From: a virus
Virus record (IMG/VR): IMGVR_UViG_3300050154_000047
Strand: one strand, 5' to 3'
DNA length: 45,867 bases
Shown in pieces: positions 35,056 through 43,286 of the stretch. The number at the start of each line of letters is the position of its first letter. The stretch's first letter is position 1. The translations under genes were made by a program, and so were the position numbers. The notes beneath the pieces were generated by a model. It was not told the origin of the DNA and made no database searches. It saw nothing but the letters and a program-made list of their open reading frames with translations.

Positions 35056-35560
35056 CGCACTTCTCCACGAATGCCGCATAGTCCTCGGCCTTCAGTTCGC
35101 TGATACGCTTGGCGCCGAATTCTTCCAGCAGGGCCACGCCTTTGGATACGCCGTTGGCTGCGGTGTAGGACTGCAAGGTGGCGCGTACATCGTCAATGGT
35201 GAAAGAAGCTACGGGTACGTTAGCTGCATCAGCGGATTCTGATGTAGACACCGCAGCTTCTTCCGTAACTGGTGCGGGTTCCTCTTTCTTGGCGCGGGGC
35301 TTGCGCTCTTTGACGGGAGTGGGAGAGTCCTTGGGTTCAGTCTCTGCGACCGTTACGGACTCTCCCACTACGACAGTGGCCTCGGGTGAAAGGGGTAGCC
35401 CCGATCCACTGTTGCCGGTGTTACTCGCCACCGCCGGCTGGGCGCTCTCGGAAAGATTCTGGCCTGCGCTGAAGTCGTTGATAAACGCTTGCAGCATATG
35501 GATCGCGGTCACCACCTCAATGTGTTCGCTGTCCTTGTTCAGTGTAATTGTGATCTGCAT
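35048..35560 (-). CDS. hypothetical replication-module protein, 170 aa
   Basis: Track ORF. Disordered Pro/Glu/Ser-rich centre and a helical C-terminus (...VRATLQSYTAANGVSKGVALLEEFGAKRISELK...). Confidence 0.55.
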   Translation of the reverse strand: MQITITLNKDSEHIEVVTAIHMLQAFINDFSAGQNLSESAQPAVASNTGNSGSGLPLSPEATVVVGESVTVAETEPKDSPTPVKERKPRAKKEEPAPVTEEAAVSTSESADAANVPVASFTIDDVRATLQSYTAANGVSKGVALLEEFGAKRISELKAEDYAAFVEKCGA

Positions 35561-35618
35561 TTGCTTTGCTCCGGTTGATGTTGAGATATTAACAATGAAT
35601 TCCGATTATCGCAAGTGT

Positions 35619-37031
35619 TCAATCAAATATTTTTGCGAGTTCTCGGGTTTTGTGGAGTAGCGTGCGGTTCACGTCCTCGTCCACACTTCCAGCGCACGAG
35701 ATAAATCTCACGCGGACTGGTCGGGTTTGCCCGATGCGGTGGCATCGCATCGCGGCTTGTGCGTTGTTGGCCGGCACCCAGTCGGCTTCCATGAACACCA
35801 CTTCGTTGGCAGCTGTCAGGGTGATGCCTGTGCCCGCTGCCAGGATGTTGCCAATGAACACGCGGCATGTCGGGTCGTTCTGGAACCGGTCGATGTGGCG
35901 TTGGCGTTTCTCGGTGGGGGTTCCGCCATACAGGGTGACGGGGTGGAACTTCTTGAGGGCTTCACGGCTGCACTCGATCACGTCTTTGTGGACAGCAAAC
36001 AACACTATCTTGAGCTTGGGGTTGTCGATCAGCTCTTGGGTCAGCACTTCGATGGCTCGGGGCAGCTTGGCCAACCCGATGTACCTGCGCAGGGTGGCAG
36101 TGCTGGTGGCCATGGATTCCAACAGCTTGATGCGGTCGGTGACGGAACCGCCAAGTCCGTGCTCTCCTTCCACGGCCCGCAACGCCACCTTCACAGCTTT
36201 GTCGGTCTGCTCCATGTTGCGCATGAACTGGGTTGCCCCCACCGTGCGCCAGTTCTCGTAGAAGTAGGGGTCGAGCTGCACCTGGCTGCGCTCCACAGTG
36301 ATGTGGCCGAAGGTGATGGGTGGTAGTTGGGACATGACTTCTTCTTTCTTTCTGCGCAGCATGAACTGCGCCAGTAGTTCCTTCAGTTTGGGGACGTTCT
36401 TGTGGCCGGTGATCTTGAAGCCGAAGCCACTGTCGAAGCCTTCGCAGAACTCAAACACGAAGTCCCAGTACGACTGCTTCCACAGGCCTGCGCTTTTGAC
36501 GTGGGTGTAGAGTTCGCTGGCATCGTTGGGGGCTGGTGTGCCGGTCAGGCGCCACACACGCTTGGCGCTGTGGGCGATTCCTTTGTGCTGGTTGTGGCCG
36601 TAGATCGCTTTGGTGCGCTTGGCGCTTCGCTCTTTCATGAAGTGCGCTTCATCCAGCACCAGCACGTCCCATGCCTGCGCTTTCATTTTGGAGCGCAGCG
36701 TTTCGTCGCTGGCGATCATGTCGTAGCTCACCACCACGATGCCGGTATCCCCAAAGGGCTGACGTGATCGGGTGATGACGGTGCACTCCCGCTGGAACTG
36801 GCTGAATCGCTCGAACTCGCGGCCCCAGTTGATGCGTACCGCAGCGGGGCAGACCACCAAGATGCGGTCGGCTTCAACGATGTCGCATCCGGTGATGGCT
36901 TGGGCTGACTTTCCGAGGCCCATTTCGTCAGCCAGCAGCGCTTGGTGCTTTGTGGCCAACCACTTCGCGCCTTCCGCTTGGTAGGGGAATAGCTCAAACT
37001 CAGCCACGGGATTCCTTGTGTCGGTCGTCAA
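35619..37031 (-). CDS. SNF2-family (DEAH) helicase
   Basis: LADEMGLGKSAQAI (motif I), VLVLDEAHFMK (II), LAAGTGITLTAANEVVFMEADWVPANNAQAAMRCHRIGQTRPV (V-VI). Confidence 0.85.
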   Translation of the reverse strand: MTTDTRNPVAEFELFPYQAEGAKWLATKHQALLADEMGLGKSAQAITGCDIVEADRILVVCPAAVRINWGREFERFSQFQRECTVITRSRQPFGDTGIVVVSYDMIASDETLRSKMKAQAWDVLVLDEAHFMKERSAKRTKAIYGHNQHKGIAHSAKRVWRLTGTPAPNDASELYTHVKSAGLWKQSYWDFVFEFCEGFDSGFGFKITGHKNVPKLKELLAQFMLRRKKEEVMSQLPPITFGHITVERSQVQLDPYFYENWRTVGATQFMRNMEQTDKAVKVALRAVEGEHGLGGSVTDRIKLLESMATSTATLRRYIGLAKLPRAIEVLTQELIDNPKLKIVLFAVHKDVIECSREALKKFHPVTLYGGTPTEKRQRHIDRFQNDPTCRVFIGNILAAGTGITLTAANEVVFMEADWVPANNAQAAMRCHRIGQTRPVRVRFISCAGSVDEDVNRTLLHKTRELAKIFD

Positions 37032-37443
37032 GCTCGGGGCGATGCTCCAACCCCAGCAAGAACATGCAGCAGCACATGGCGTGGGCTACGTGGGACAGCC
37101 CTGTTTCCGGGTCCGTGTCTTGGCCGCCCAGATACGCAAACAAATGGCGTAAGGCGGCGCCTATCAGACGCGACTTCGACAAGCCCTTGCGCCAGTTATG
37201 CGCAGCGTACTTCTTGGCTCCGAAGCTCAAAACTTTTGCAAGCTGCTCAATGGCGTACGAATCCAGCAACTCCATGCGGGGCTTGTCTTGGTCGAACTTC
37301 ACCCCGCCTGTTTCGGGCAACGGGTGGAACGTCAGCATGTCGTGCGAATCCCCCGTCGCATCTTTCTTCGGCGCCCACAGGCTAAGGCTGTAGCAGCCAC
37401 CGCATGTCTCGGGGAACTTCTTGTGGGTGCAGGTTGCGCACAT
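37000..37443 (-). CDS. MazG-like / DUF5664-like nucleotide pyrophosphohydrolase with an N-terminal CxxC-x8-CxxC knuckle
   Basis: Start at ATG 37443, 4 nt after the upstream stop. VKFDQDKPRMELL...FGAKKYAAHNWRKG...AALRHLFAYLGG is the pattern I recall for dATP/dGTP diphosphohydrolase N-terminal domains. Confidence 0.6.
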   Translation of the reverse strand: MCATCTHKKFPETCGGCYSLSLWAPKKDATGDSHDMLTFHPLPETGGVKFDQDKPRMELLDSYAIEQLAKVLSFGAKKYAAHNWRKGLSKSRLIGAALRHLFAYLGGQDTDPETGLSHVAHAMCCCMFLLGLEHRPELDDRHKESRG

Positions 37444-37447
37444 TTTT

Positions 37448-37648
37448 TCAGCCACGTTGGCCTCCCGCTTCTGCCAGCAGGCGGCGGTTTTGCGCCATGG
37501 CTTCCTTGAAGTCCTCGTGCAACTGGGTGTTGGCGGTCTGGACTTCTTTGAGAAGGTTGTAGGTGTCTGAGGCAAACTTCTCCAAGTTGTAGCGGTCCCA
37601 CGCTGCAAATTCGGTGGGTTCGATAGGTGGTGTGGGGCGGAATGTCAT
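37448..37648 (-). CDS. hypothetical 66-aa protein
   Basis: Track ORF. ATGA overlap with the upstream gene. Confidence 0.55.
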   Translation of the reverse strand: MTFRPTPPIEPTEFAAWDRYNLEKFASDTYNLLKEVQTANTQLHEDFKEAMAQNRRLLAEAGGQRG

Positions 37649-37875
37649 AGAGCTTTAGTGGTGGGTTTGCGTTCAAGCAGTTTAGTGCGGTAATACTCGG
37701 ACTTGGCTTTCCACTTATCGCGGTCGGCCTCTATTTTCCCGAGCTGCGCTTTAAGACGGAGAATTTCCTGCTGTGCCTCGGTGTTGGCCAGGTCGGAGAT
37801 TACCGCCAAGGCGCGATCCAGCGACCTCCAGCGGTTGTTCACGCCTGTCGGTTTGTTAGTAGTGGGCTTGTCCAT
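37645..37875 (-). CDS. hypothetical 76-aa coiled-coil protein
   Basis: Track ORF with helical Lys/Glu-rich sequence. Confidence 0.5.
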   Translation of the reverse strand: MDKPTTNKPTGVNNRWRSLDRALAVISDLANTEAQQEILRLKAQLGKIEADRDKWKAKSEYYRTKLLERKPTTKAL

Positions 37876-38006
37876 AGCGGGTTTGGTTCGGGTTTCGGTT
37901 TTACGGGTTTGGGTTCAGGCTTGGCCAACGTGCGGCCCACCGCATGTTTGAACTGCGTGCGGGTGGCCTGGTTGACGAAGTGGATGCCAAGGAGCTTGGG
38001 TTTCAT
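37839..38006 (-). CDS. possible 55-aa protein with a PKP-repeat tail
   Basis: Not in the track. ATGA overlap with the upstream ORF. MKPKLLGIHFVNQATRTQFKHAVGRTLAKPEPKPVKPKPEPNP... Overlaps the next gene by 37 nt, which lowers confidence. Confidence 0.3.
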   Translation of the reverse strand: MKPKLLGIHFVNQATRTQFKHAVGRTLAKPEPKPVKPKPEPNPLWTSPLLTNRQA

Positions 38007-38161
38007 GCTTCTCCGGTTGCCAGTTTGGTGTACACGTCGAGTGCTTCCTGCAAAGCAGCCGCGGCTCGGCGCAGCGGTTCGGCCACATGGGGCACGCCAT
38101 CCGCTTCGGCTTCATCTGCAATCGCGTGCAGCTCGTTAATGGTGTCGGGTGAGAGGGTCAT
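38003..38161 (-). CDS. hypothetical 52-aa protein
   Basis: Not in the track. ATGA overlaps at both ends. MTLSPDTINELHAIADEAEADGVPHVAEPLRRAAAALQEALDVYTKLATGEA. Confidence 0.45.
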   Translation of the reverse strand: MTLSPDTINELHAIADEAEADGVPHVAEPLRRAAAALQEALDVYTKLATGEA

Positions 38162-38865
38162 TTCGCCTCCGGTGGAGTTGGCAGGGGCATCCAGTGGGTG
38201 GGAGATGCACCGCGCAATGGGAACGGGCCATACTTGTTGTCATCGACATGCCAGTATTCAATGTTGTGTTCAATATAAGCAGCTACATACGTTCCATGCG
38301 AACAGTGCACCAGAACATCCGTTCCATCCTTCGGCGCAGATTCAATCGGCTTCCAGCTCGGCTCCGCTTGCTTAGGTGCTGCGTTCTCCCAATCCGCATT
38401 GGCACAGGTTTCACTCATGCCCCATGCTTGATCTTCGGCTTCTTGACCGACATATTCGGCATCACGACATGCCGCCCATCCTGCCCGCCATGCTGCTTCC
38501 ACCTGTTCTGGTCGCACCGGCTCTTGTGCTTGCTCCGCTTGCTTGGGTGCTGCATAGAGTGGCTGGTTGTGATAGTCAGTACGACACTCACTCCATGTGT
38601 GGGTATCAGAAACTCCGCCCAACGCTAGTCTGAGTTTTGAGCTAATTACGTTTGAAGAATTCGCCCACGCCACCGGCTCTTGCGCTTGCTGTGCTTGCTT
38701 GATGGCGGTGATGGCTCTGGCAGCTATGCCGATGAATTCCCATGCGCGGCGTGCGTGCCATTCGGTCATTGCTTCTTCAGACTCTTGACCGGTTCCAGAC
38801 ATTCCGGCGAGTGCAATGGATTCCAGCGCCTCCAGCGCAAGTGCTAATACGTCTTTGGTGGTCAT
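38158..38865 (-). CDS. DUF551-like protein, 235 aa
   Basis: Start 38865 (ATGA overlap). The C-terminus ...WKPIESAPKDGTDVLV...PTHWMPLPTPPE is the DUF551 signature. Internal QAQEPV / AAPKQAE repeats. Confidence 0.65.
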   Translation of the reverse strand: MTTKDVLALALEALESIALAGMSGTGQESEEAMTEWHARRAWEFIGIAARAITAIKQAQQAQEPVAWANSSNVISSKLRLALGGVSDTHTWSECRTDYHNQPLYAAPKQAEQAQEPVRPEQVEAAWRAGWAACRDAEYVGQEAEDQAWGMSETCANADWENAAPKQAEPSWKPIESAPKDGTDVLVHCSHGTYVAAYIEHNIEYWHVDDNKYGPFPLRGASPTHWMPLPTPPEAK

Positions 38866-39212
38866 AGTGTTTCCTTTAGTTTGCGGATTTCCTGTGCGGC
38901 TGTGTTGTCGGCATCCCACTCGGCTACCCTTTGAGCGTCATCGCGATTACCGCAGTCGCAAACTTCGCAATCACATGGGCGCTGGCGTTTAGGTGCAACG
39001 AGAGCCGCAGCTTCCTCCAGCAAGTCGCGCCCGTACTGCTTCATTTGTTCGGCGGTGTAGAGCGGCTCGCCGTGATAGCCCTTTGCCATCCAATACTCGT
39101 CTTCTGGAATGCGTGGCGGCCAAGTAAATGCGTTGCATACGCCCGTTGGATTTAGCAAAGTTTTGCAGTCTTCGCCATGCCAAGAACTAAATTGCGGCTC
39201 AGGCATCTTCAT
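38862..39212 (-). CDS. hypothetical 116-aa Cys-containing protein
   Basis: Track ORF trimmed to ATG 39212 (39206 is an alternative). Contains CDCEVCDC. Confidence 0.5.
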   Translation of the reverse strand: MKMPEPQFSSWHGEDCKTLLNPTGVCNAFTWPPRIPEDEYWMAKGYHGEPLYTAEQMKQYGRDLLEEAAALVAPKRQRPCDCEVCDCGNRDDAQRVAEWDADNTAAQEIRKLKETL

Positions 39213-39654
39213 GCTGGCCTCCCTTGATGGCGGCGTCAATGCCGACATAGTTGTTTATTGGCTTCCAGCGTTCGCGGTCTTCTTGCCATTGGCATATCGC
39301 CCAATCCTGCTGATCGACTGCAAAATTCCACCGCTCCGCATCAGCTTCCATAGCCGCCAGCTTTGCAGCAAGGGCGCTCTTTTCAGCAAAATGCAAATCA
39401 CGCATGCGCTTGTTCGTATCGCGCTCAACAGTAAGCCGCTCGTTCTCTGCTTGCAGCGATTGAATCTGGTTTAGCAGTGAGATAACGGCGGCGGGGTTTA
39501 CTGCTGCGATGTAGGCAGCGTTTACATTGGCATTTGGTGCATTGCGAATATCGAATCCACCAAGGTTCTGCGGCAGGTAAACGCGAGTTCCGTTGTTTTC
39601 CCACTCGCCTTGTGTCGCAGCCTCTGCCAGCTTGCGCAGTTCAATCAGTGTCAT
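39199..39654 (-). CDS. Ead/Ea22-like protein
   Basis: LRKLAEAATQGEW...NAAYIAAVNPAAVISLLNQIQSLQAENERL matches the Ead/Ea22-like N-terminal pattern (recall). Confidence 0.55.
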   Translation of the reverse strand: MTLIELRKLAEAATQGEWENNGTRVYLPQNLGGFDIRNAPNANVNAAYIAAVNPAAVISLLNQIQSLQAENERLTVERDTNKRMRDLHFAEKSALAAKLAAMEADAERWNFAVDQQDWAICQWQEDRERWKPINNYVGIDAAIKGGQHEDA

Positions 39655-40001
39655 TTCGGCTCCTTGAGGGTAAATAGCTTGGTTTCCACTGGCGGTATCG
39701 CTTTAAGAATTTTTACCGCTGGAGTCTTAACTTCGCTGCCTACCGTCTGCGCTGCATAGCCAATCTCAGCAAACGGCTCCGCACTAAGCTGGCTTGATGC
39801 TCCCTGTGCGTAGGCTTGGCGTAGTTGGTCGGCGGTGTAGTAGCCAACAGGGTCATTCAGCTTGCGATATGCAGGCTCCGGCAACTCCGCACTAGCCAGC
39901 TTCGCAAGAATCGCGGCTTCTACTGCTCGTGCATCTAATGTGCCGCCAAAGGTGCTGCATCCAAGCGCTTCATCTATTTCATCGTCAGTCAGTAAGCTCA
40001 T
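39651..40001 (-). CDS. hypothetical 116-aa protein
   Basis: Track ORF with ATGA coupling. Confidence 0.5.
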   Translation of the reverse strand: MSLLTDDEIDEALGCSTFGGTLDARAVEAAILAKLASAELPEPAYRKLNDPVGYYTADQLRQAYAQGASSQLSAEPFAEIGYAAQTVGSEVKTPAVKILKAIPPVETKLFTLKEPK

Positions 40002-40111
40002 ACCTCCTCCTTGGCTTCAGTTGTTGTGTACCACCGGAAGAACAGCGCCAGGGCTACGATGCAGCCGGTGCAGAATCCGAGGGTGAAGTAGATTAGGTAC
40101 ATGGGGTTCAT
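39998..40111 (-). CDS. 37-aa single-TM miniprotein
   Basis: Not in the track. ATGA overlaps at both ends. MNPMYLIYFTLGFCTGCIVALALFFRWYTTTEAKEEV. Confidence 0.45.
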   Translation of the reverse strand: MNPMYLIYFTLGFCTGCIVALALFFRWYTTTEAKEEV

Positions 40112-40419
40112 GCTGCACCGCCTTCCGCTTTGGCGATGACAGCACGGGATTTAACGTACAGGTCGTTCGTGCAATCAATCTGTTCCCAGAAGTGCACAAC
40201 GTCTTTCAGCGCCTCCAGCAACTCAGGCGCGGCGGCTATCAGGCGGGCGTTGGCTCGGGCTATCTGCTTTTGAGCTTCGGCCGCTTCCCGTGTCTTTGGC
40301 TGTTTGTTGACACCCCAAGTGCAGGCCACCTTGCGCCCGCTCGCTGCTTTTACGTCTGGGTGCGGATAGCCGCGCATGTCATGGACCCAAGGCCCCGGCG
40401 TGTGCTTCGCGGTGCTCAT
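40108..40419 (-). CDS. hypothetical 103-aa protein (TPGPW ... ANARLIAAAPELLEAL pattern)
   Basis: Track ORF. The motif pair is common in small prophage proteins and resembles the 39199..39654 N-terminus. Confidence 0.55.
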   Translation of the reverse strand: MSTAKHTPGPWVHDMRGYPHPDVKAASGRKVACTWGVNKQPKTREAAEAQKQIARANARLIAAAPELLEALKDVVHFWEQIDCTNDLYVKSRAVIAKAEGGAA

Positions 40420-40682
40420 GCTTCCCTCGCTTTCAGCATGGCGTCTGCGTAAGCGTATTTGGCTTCTTCGCGTGTGCGGATTTGCTTCATCCCAATGACG
40501 TATGGGTTTCCGGTGTTGTCACGCTCATACATGTAGTCAAGAATGTCGGAGTGCGATGCCTTAGCTGCAAAGTAATCGCGCAGGGTCATGCCGATCGACG
40601 TGTGCACGCCGTCTCGCATTTGCAGCCGATCGCACGGAAAAGCCATCGGCACGCCCTCACGGCCCTCGATGCCGGCGCTCAC
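40416..40682 (-). CDS. hypothetical 88-aa protein (GTG start)
   Basis: Track ORF. GTGA overlap with the upstream ORF. Confidence 0.5.
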   Translation of the reverse strand: MSAGIEGREGVPMAFPCDRLQMRDGVHTSIGMTLRDYFAAKASHSDILDYMYERDNTGNPYVIGMKQIRTREEAKYAYADAMLKAREA

Positions 40683-40858
40683 AGCACCACCCCCAGAGTG
40701 ATGAATGCAGCACGGTAGGTCAGCGCCAGGGCAATGCGGATCGGCGTCCAGAATCGCGGGGCTGGGCGTTCGATGGCAGCGCCATACTCTGCGCCGCTGA
40801 ATGCTTGTCCGGCGGTACGCGGTGCGCGGCCGGTGTAGTTGCTTCCTAGAAATGGCAT
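40679..40858 (-). CDS. 59-aa protein with a C-terminal TM helix
   Basis: Not in the track. MPFLGSNYTGRAPRTAGQAF...FWTPIRIALALTYRAAFITLGVVL. Confidence 0.4.
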   Translation of the reverse strand: MPFLGSNYTGRAPRTAGQAFSGAEYGAAIERPAPRFWTPIRIALALTYRAAFITLGVVL

Positions 40859-40868
40859 AGCGTTCCCC

Positions 40869-41510
40869 TCAAAAGTTGTATTGCAATCCGATGTTGCCGA
40901 CCCAGGCGTGGCGGCGTCCGGTGTGTTCTTCGTCTACATAAGCAGGCATCACAAAAGCCTCAGCTCGGATAGACCAGTTGCCGATGAGCTTTTTCTGTGC
41001 GCCTACGCCCCAGAACCACGCTTGCTGGTGGGCGTCTACCTTGAAGTCCACCGTCTCGGTGCTGTCGTAGTTGCCGTACTCGTGGTTGTGCGTGTCGGTC
41101 TTGGCGTAACCACCGAATGCATAAGGCTCAATGCCGTAGACGGCCGGCGCGTAGACGTTGGCGCGCAGGTACACGGCCTTGCTCATGATGTCCTGCTGTA
41201 TGTGCGAGGTCTGTGGGCATGTGCTGCTACGGACACAGCCCTTATAAGCGGGGTAGTTGTCGGTGCTGACCGTGCTGTGATACTCAGGAATGGTCATCAA
41301 ACCAGCCTCCACCGCGAAGCTGCCGAAGCGGTAGCCAATGAAGGCGTTTGCTGTAGCGCTTTCTTCTGTGCGCTCAATGCTCAGGTTTGTGTAGTTGCGT
41401 GGCTTATCTGGTGATCCAGCTCCGTAACCGACTCCAGCTCCTGCATAAATCTGTGCGTTGGCAGTGGTGGCCAGCGCGGACAAAGCCGCTGCGGTGAGTA
41501 GTGCTTTCAT
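40869..41510 (-). CDS. outer-membrane beta-barrel protein (OmpX/Ail/Lom-like small OMP)
   Basis: Signal peptide MKALLTAAALSALATTANA|Q. Alternating hydrophobic beta-strand pattern. C-terminal ...GNIGLQYNF ends in an aromatic residue as in OMP beta-signals. Confidence 0.8.
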   Translation of the reverse strand: MKALLTAAALSALATTANAQIYAGAGVGYGAGSPDKPRNYTNLSIERTEESATANAFIGYRFGSFAVEAGLMTIPEYHSTVSTDNYPAYKGCVRSSTCPQTSHIQQDIMSKAVYLRANVYAPAVYGIEPYAFGGYAKTDTHNHEYGNYDSTETVDFKVDAHQQAWFWGVGAQKKLIGNWSIRAEAFVMPAYVDEEHTGRRHAWVGNIGLQYNF

Positions 41511-41519
41511 ACTTTCCTT

Positions 41520-41993
41520 TCAGTTGTTGATGTAGAGGGAGAGGCCGTACAAGGCGATCAGTGCTGCCTCTGCTGGGCCGTCGTCTTTGACACGCTTGAA
41601 CAGGTGGGCGTGTTCGGGGAACCGCTGCATCGCTATCTGGCGTGCTTCGGTTTTCTTTTCGGCATACGTTTCGTCGTGTTGCCGTTTGATTCCATATTGA
41701 GATTTCCACTTGGCACTGGTTACCAATGTCATGGGGATGTCCAATGCTGCAAGGATTCCGTGGATGGCGCCGGTGTTGATGCCGAACTGGAATTGGCCCG
41801 CTTGGCGTGGGCGTGATGTGACGAACTCCACGTAGGCGTGGCTTATGTTTTGGTCGGCCAATCGGCTGACAATCTCGCGCAGGTCAAGCTCGCCTTTTTT
41901 GGTAACCGGTGTTGGATACGCTTGGTAAAGGGTGCCTGTTGCGCCAACCAAAGCAAAGCCACCGCTGAGGCCGGGGTCGATTCCGAGGATCAT
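41520..41993 (-). CDS. RuvC-like Holliday junction resolvase
   Basis: Start 41993 (ATGA overlap). MILGIDPGLSGGFALV, AYVEFV and ...DDGPAEAALIALYG give the acidic catalytic residue pattern of RuvC-fold resolvases. Confidence 0.8.
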   Translation of the reverse strand: MILGIDPGLSGGFALVGATGTLYQAYPTPVTKKGELDLREIVSRLADQNISHAYVEFVTSRPRQAGQFQFGINTGAIHGILAALDIPMTLVTSAKWKSQYGIKRQHDETYAEKKTEARQIAMQRFPEHAHLFKRVKDDGPAEAALIALYGLSLYINN

Positions 41994-42253
41994 GCTGTCT
42001 CCTTCGTGGGGACTGGTGCCCATTGCAATGTCTCGTCCTCTCCGTCGTTGTCGCGGATTGGGCGAAGCTCTGAGTCATCCAATGAAATCCACGAAAAATA
42101 ACCCTCAAGGTCAATCAGAAGCGGCTCTGTTTTCCATTCGTTTCCATCGATGCGCTCTGCTGCGGTAACAATCTTTCCTATATGAGCTTTGTTCTTCTGG
42201 TCTGCGCCGCGAACAGCGACAACAACCGCCAAATCGCCTGGCTTGCAGTTCAT
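41990..42253 (-). CDS. hypothetical 87-aa protein
   Basis: Track ORF with ATGA coupling. Confidence 0.5.
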   Translation of the reverse strand: MNCKPGDLAVVVAVRGADQKNKAHIGKIVTAAERIDGNEWKTEPLLIDLEGYFSWISLDDSELRPIRDNDGEDETLQWAPVPTKETA

Positions 42254-42576
42254 GCCAACAACTCCTCAAGTGTTTTGCCTTTTGCTTCGTGCAGCACGTC
42301 GCGGTCGTAGTCGTAACGGATCAGGCTGGTTTCCCAATCGCTTGGCAGGATCAGGATGCCATCCAAGCGTGCCATGGCTTCAATCTTGGCGCGGTAGTGC
42401 AGCGGCACCAATCCACCGGTTCCGATGGGGCGGGCGTACTGCCAGCGGTAGATCGTGATGCGGGATACGCCGATCAGCTTGGCCAATCGGGCTTCGCCTC
42501 CCATTTTCTTGACGATGTGTTCGGCCTGCCCGTAATCGGGTTTGCCGTATTTTCCTTCTCCACGGATGCGGGGCAT
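42250..42576 (-). CDS. Cro/YdaS-like HTH regulator, 108 aa
   Basis: GGEARLAKLIGVSRITIYRWQY is a clear HTH. First gene after a 162-nt intergenic region. Confidence 0.6.
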   Translation of the reverse strand: MPRIRGEGKYGKPDYGQAEHIVKKMGGEARLAKLIGVSRITIYRWQYARPIGTGGLVPLHYRAKIEAMARLDGILILPSDWETSLIRYDYDRDVLHEAKGKTLEELLA

Positions 42577-42738
42577 GGTTCTCTTTCAAGTTGGTTCGGG
42601 TTTGTGATGGGTAGATGTTACTGCGATAGCAACACTGTTACGATTGATTTTCGCTAATGCGGTGGGGTTTGTGATAGTTTGGATTGGTTTGGGTGTTGCG
42701 TGATTGCGACGGATGGGGTGGGGTGTGGGGCTGGGCGT
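42577..42738. promoter_or_regulatory. intergenic region upstream of the Cro-like gene with direct repeats
   Basis: GGGTTTGTGAT occurs at 42598-42608 and 42665-42675. TGTTAC occurs at 42617-42622 and 42636-42641. No ORF. Confidence 0.35.
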
Positions 42739-43002
42739 TTAGCTGGCTTCGGTTTTTGTGTGGTGCAGGTACAGGACGTGGCGCCCACTGCGCAGACTGC
42801 TGGCCAGGTCTGCGACCACCAGCGTTCGCAGGAGATTGGCGGCATCCGGTCGGCTTACACGCCAGCCCCAGTAGCGCTTCGCGTAGTGCTGTATGTGGAT
42901 GGGCCCTAGAGCTAGGTCTGCGCGACGCAGTATCTCTTCTGCCGCCTCTAGGGGCGTGGCGTGCACCAAACGGCCACGGGCGTCGGTTTCGTAGTAGCTC
43001 AC
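42739..43002 (-). CDS. hypothetical 87-aa protein
   Basis: Track ORF. ATGA overlap with the upstream wHTH gene. Confidence 0.5.
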   Translation of the reverse strand: MSYYETDARGRLVHATPLEAAEEILRRADLALGPIHIQHYAKRYWGWRVSRPDAANLLRTLVVADLASSLRSGRHVLYLHHTKTEAS

Positions 43003-43262
43003 TGAAACAGCTCCGCATGGCTTGCGTGCAGGTAGATGCCACGGGAAACGCGCAGGACCTTGTTTTCCAGCACCAACTGCGCCATCAGGTTGGTGACGAC
43101 GTTGGGAGACATTGCCACGCCGAACTCAGCCAGCACTTCTTTGGCAATAAGAGGGTTGGCCGTGTACGCGCCGGCTTTCCACACGACATACTCTACGAGG
43201 GCCACTTTCCCGCCCACCCACATGCGGCGCTCGTTGTACTCGAATCCGTCAGGCTTTTTCAT
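42999..43262 (-). CDS. winged-helix regulator candidate (AbiEi-N-like ...RVSRGIYL motif), 87 aa
   Basis: ATG 43262 is preceded by AAGGAG with a 5-nt spacer (the track uses GTG 43268). ...IAKEVLAEFGVAMSPNVVTNLMAQLVLENKVLRVSRGIYL. Confidence 0.5.
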   Translation of the reverse strand: MKKPDGFEYNERRMWVGGKVALVEYVVWKAGAYTANPLIAKEVLAEFGVAMSPNVVTNLMAQLVLENKVLRVSRGIYLHASHAELFQ

Positions 43263-43286
43263 AAACACTCCTTGTTAAGACTCGTT

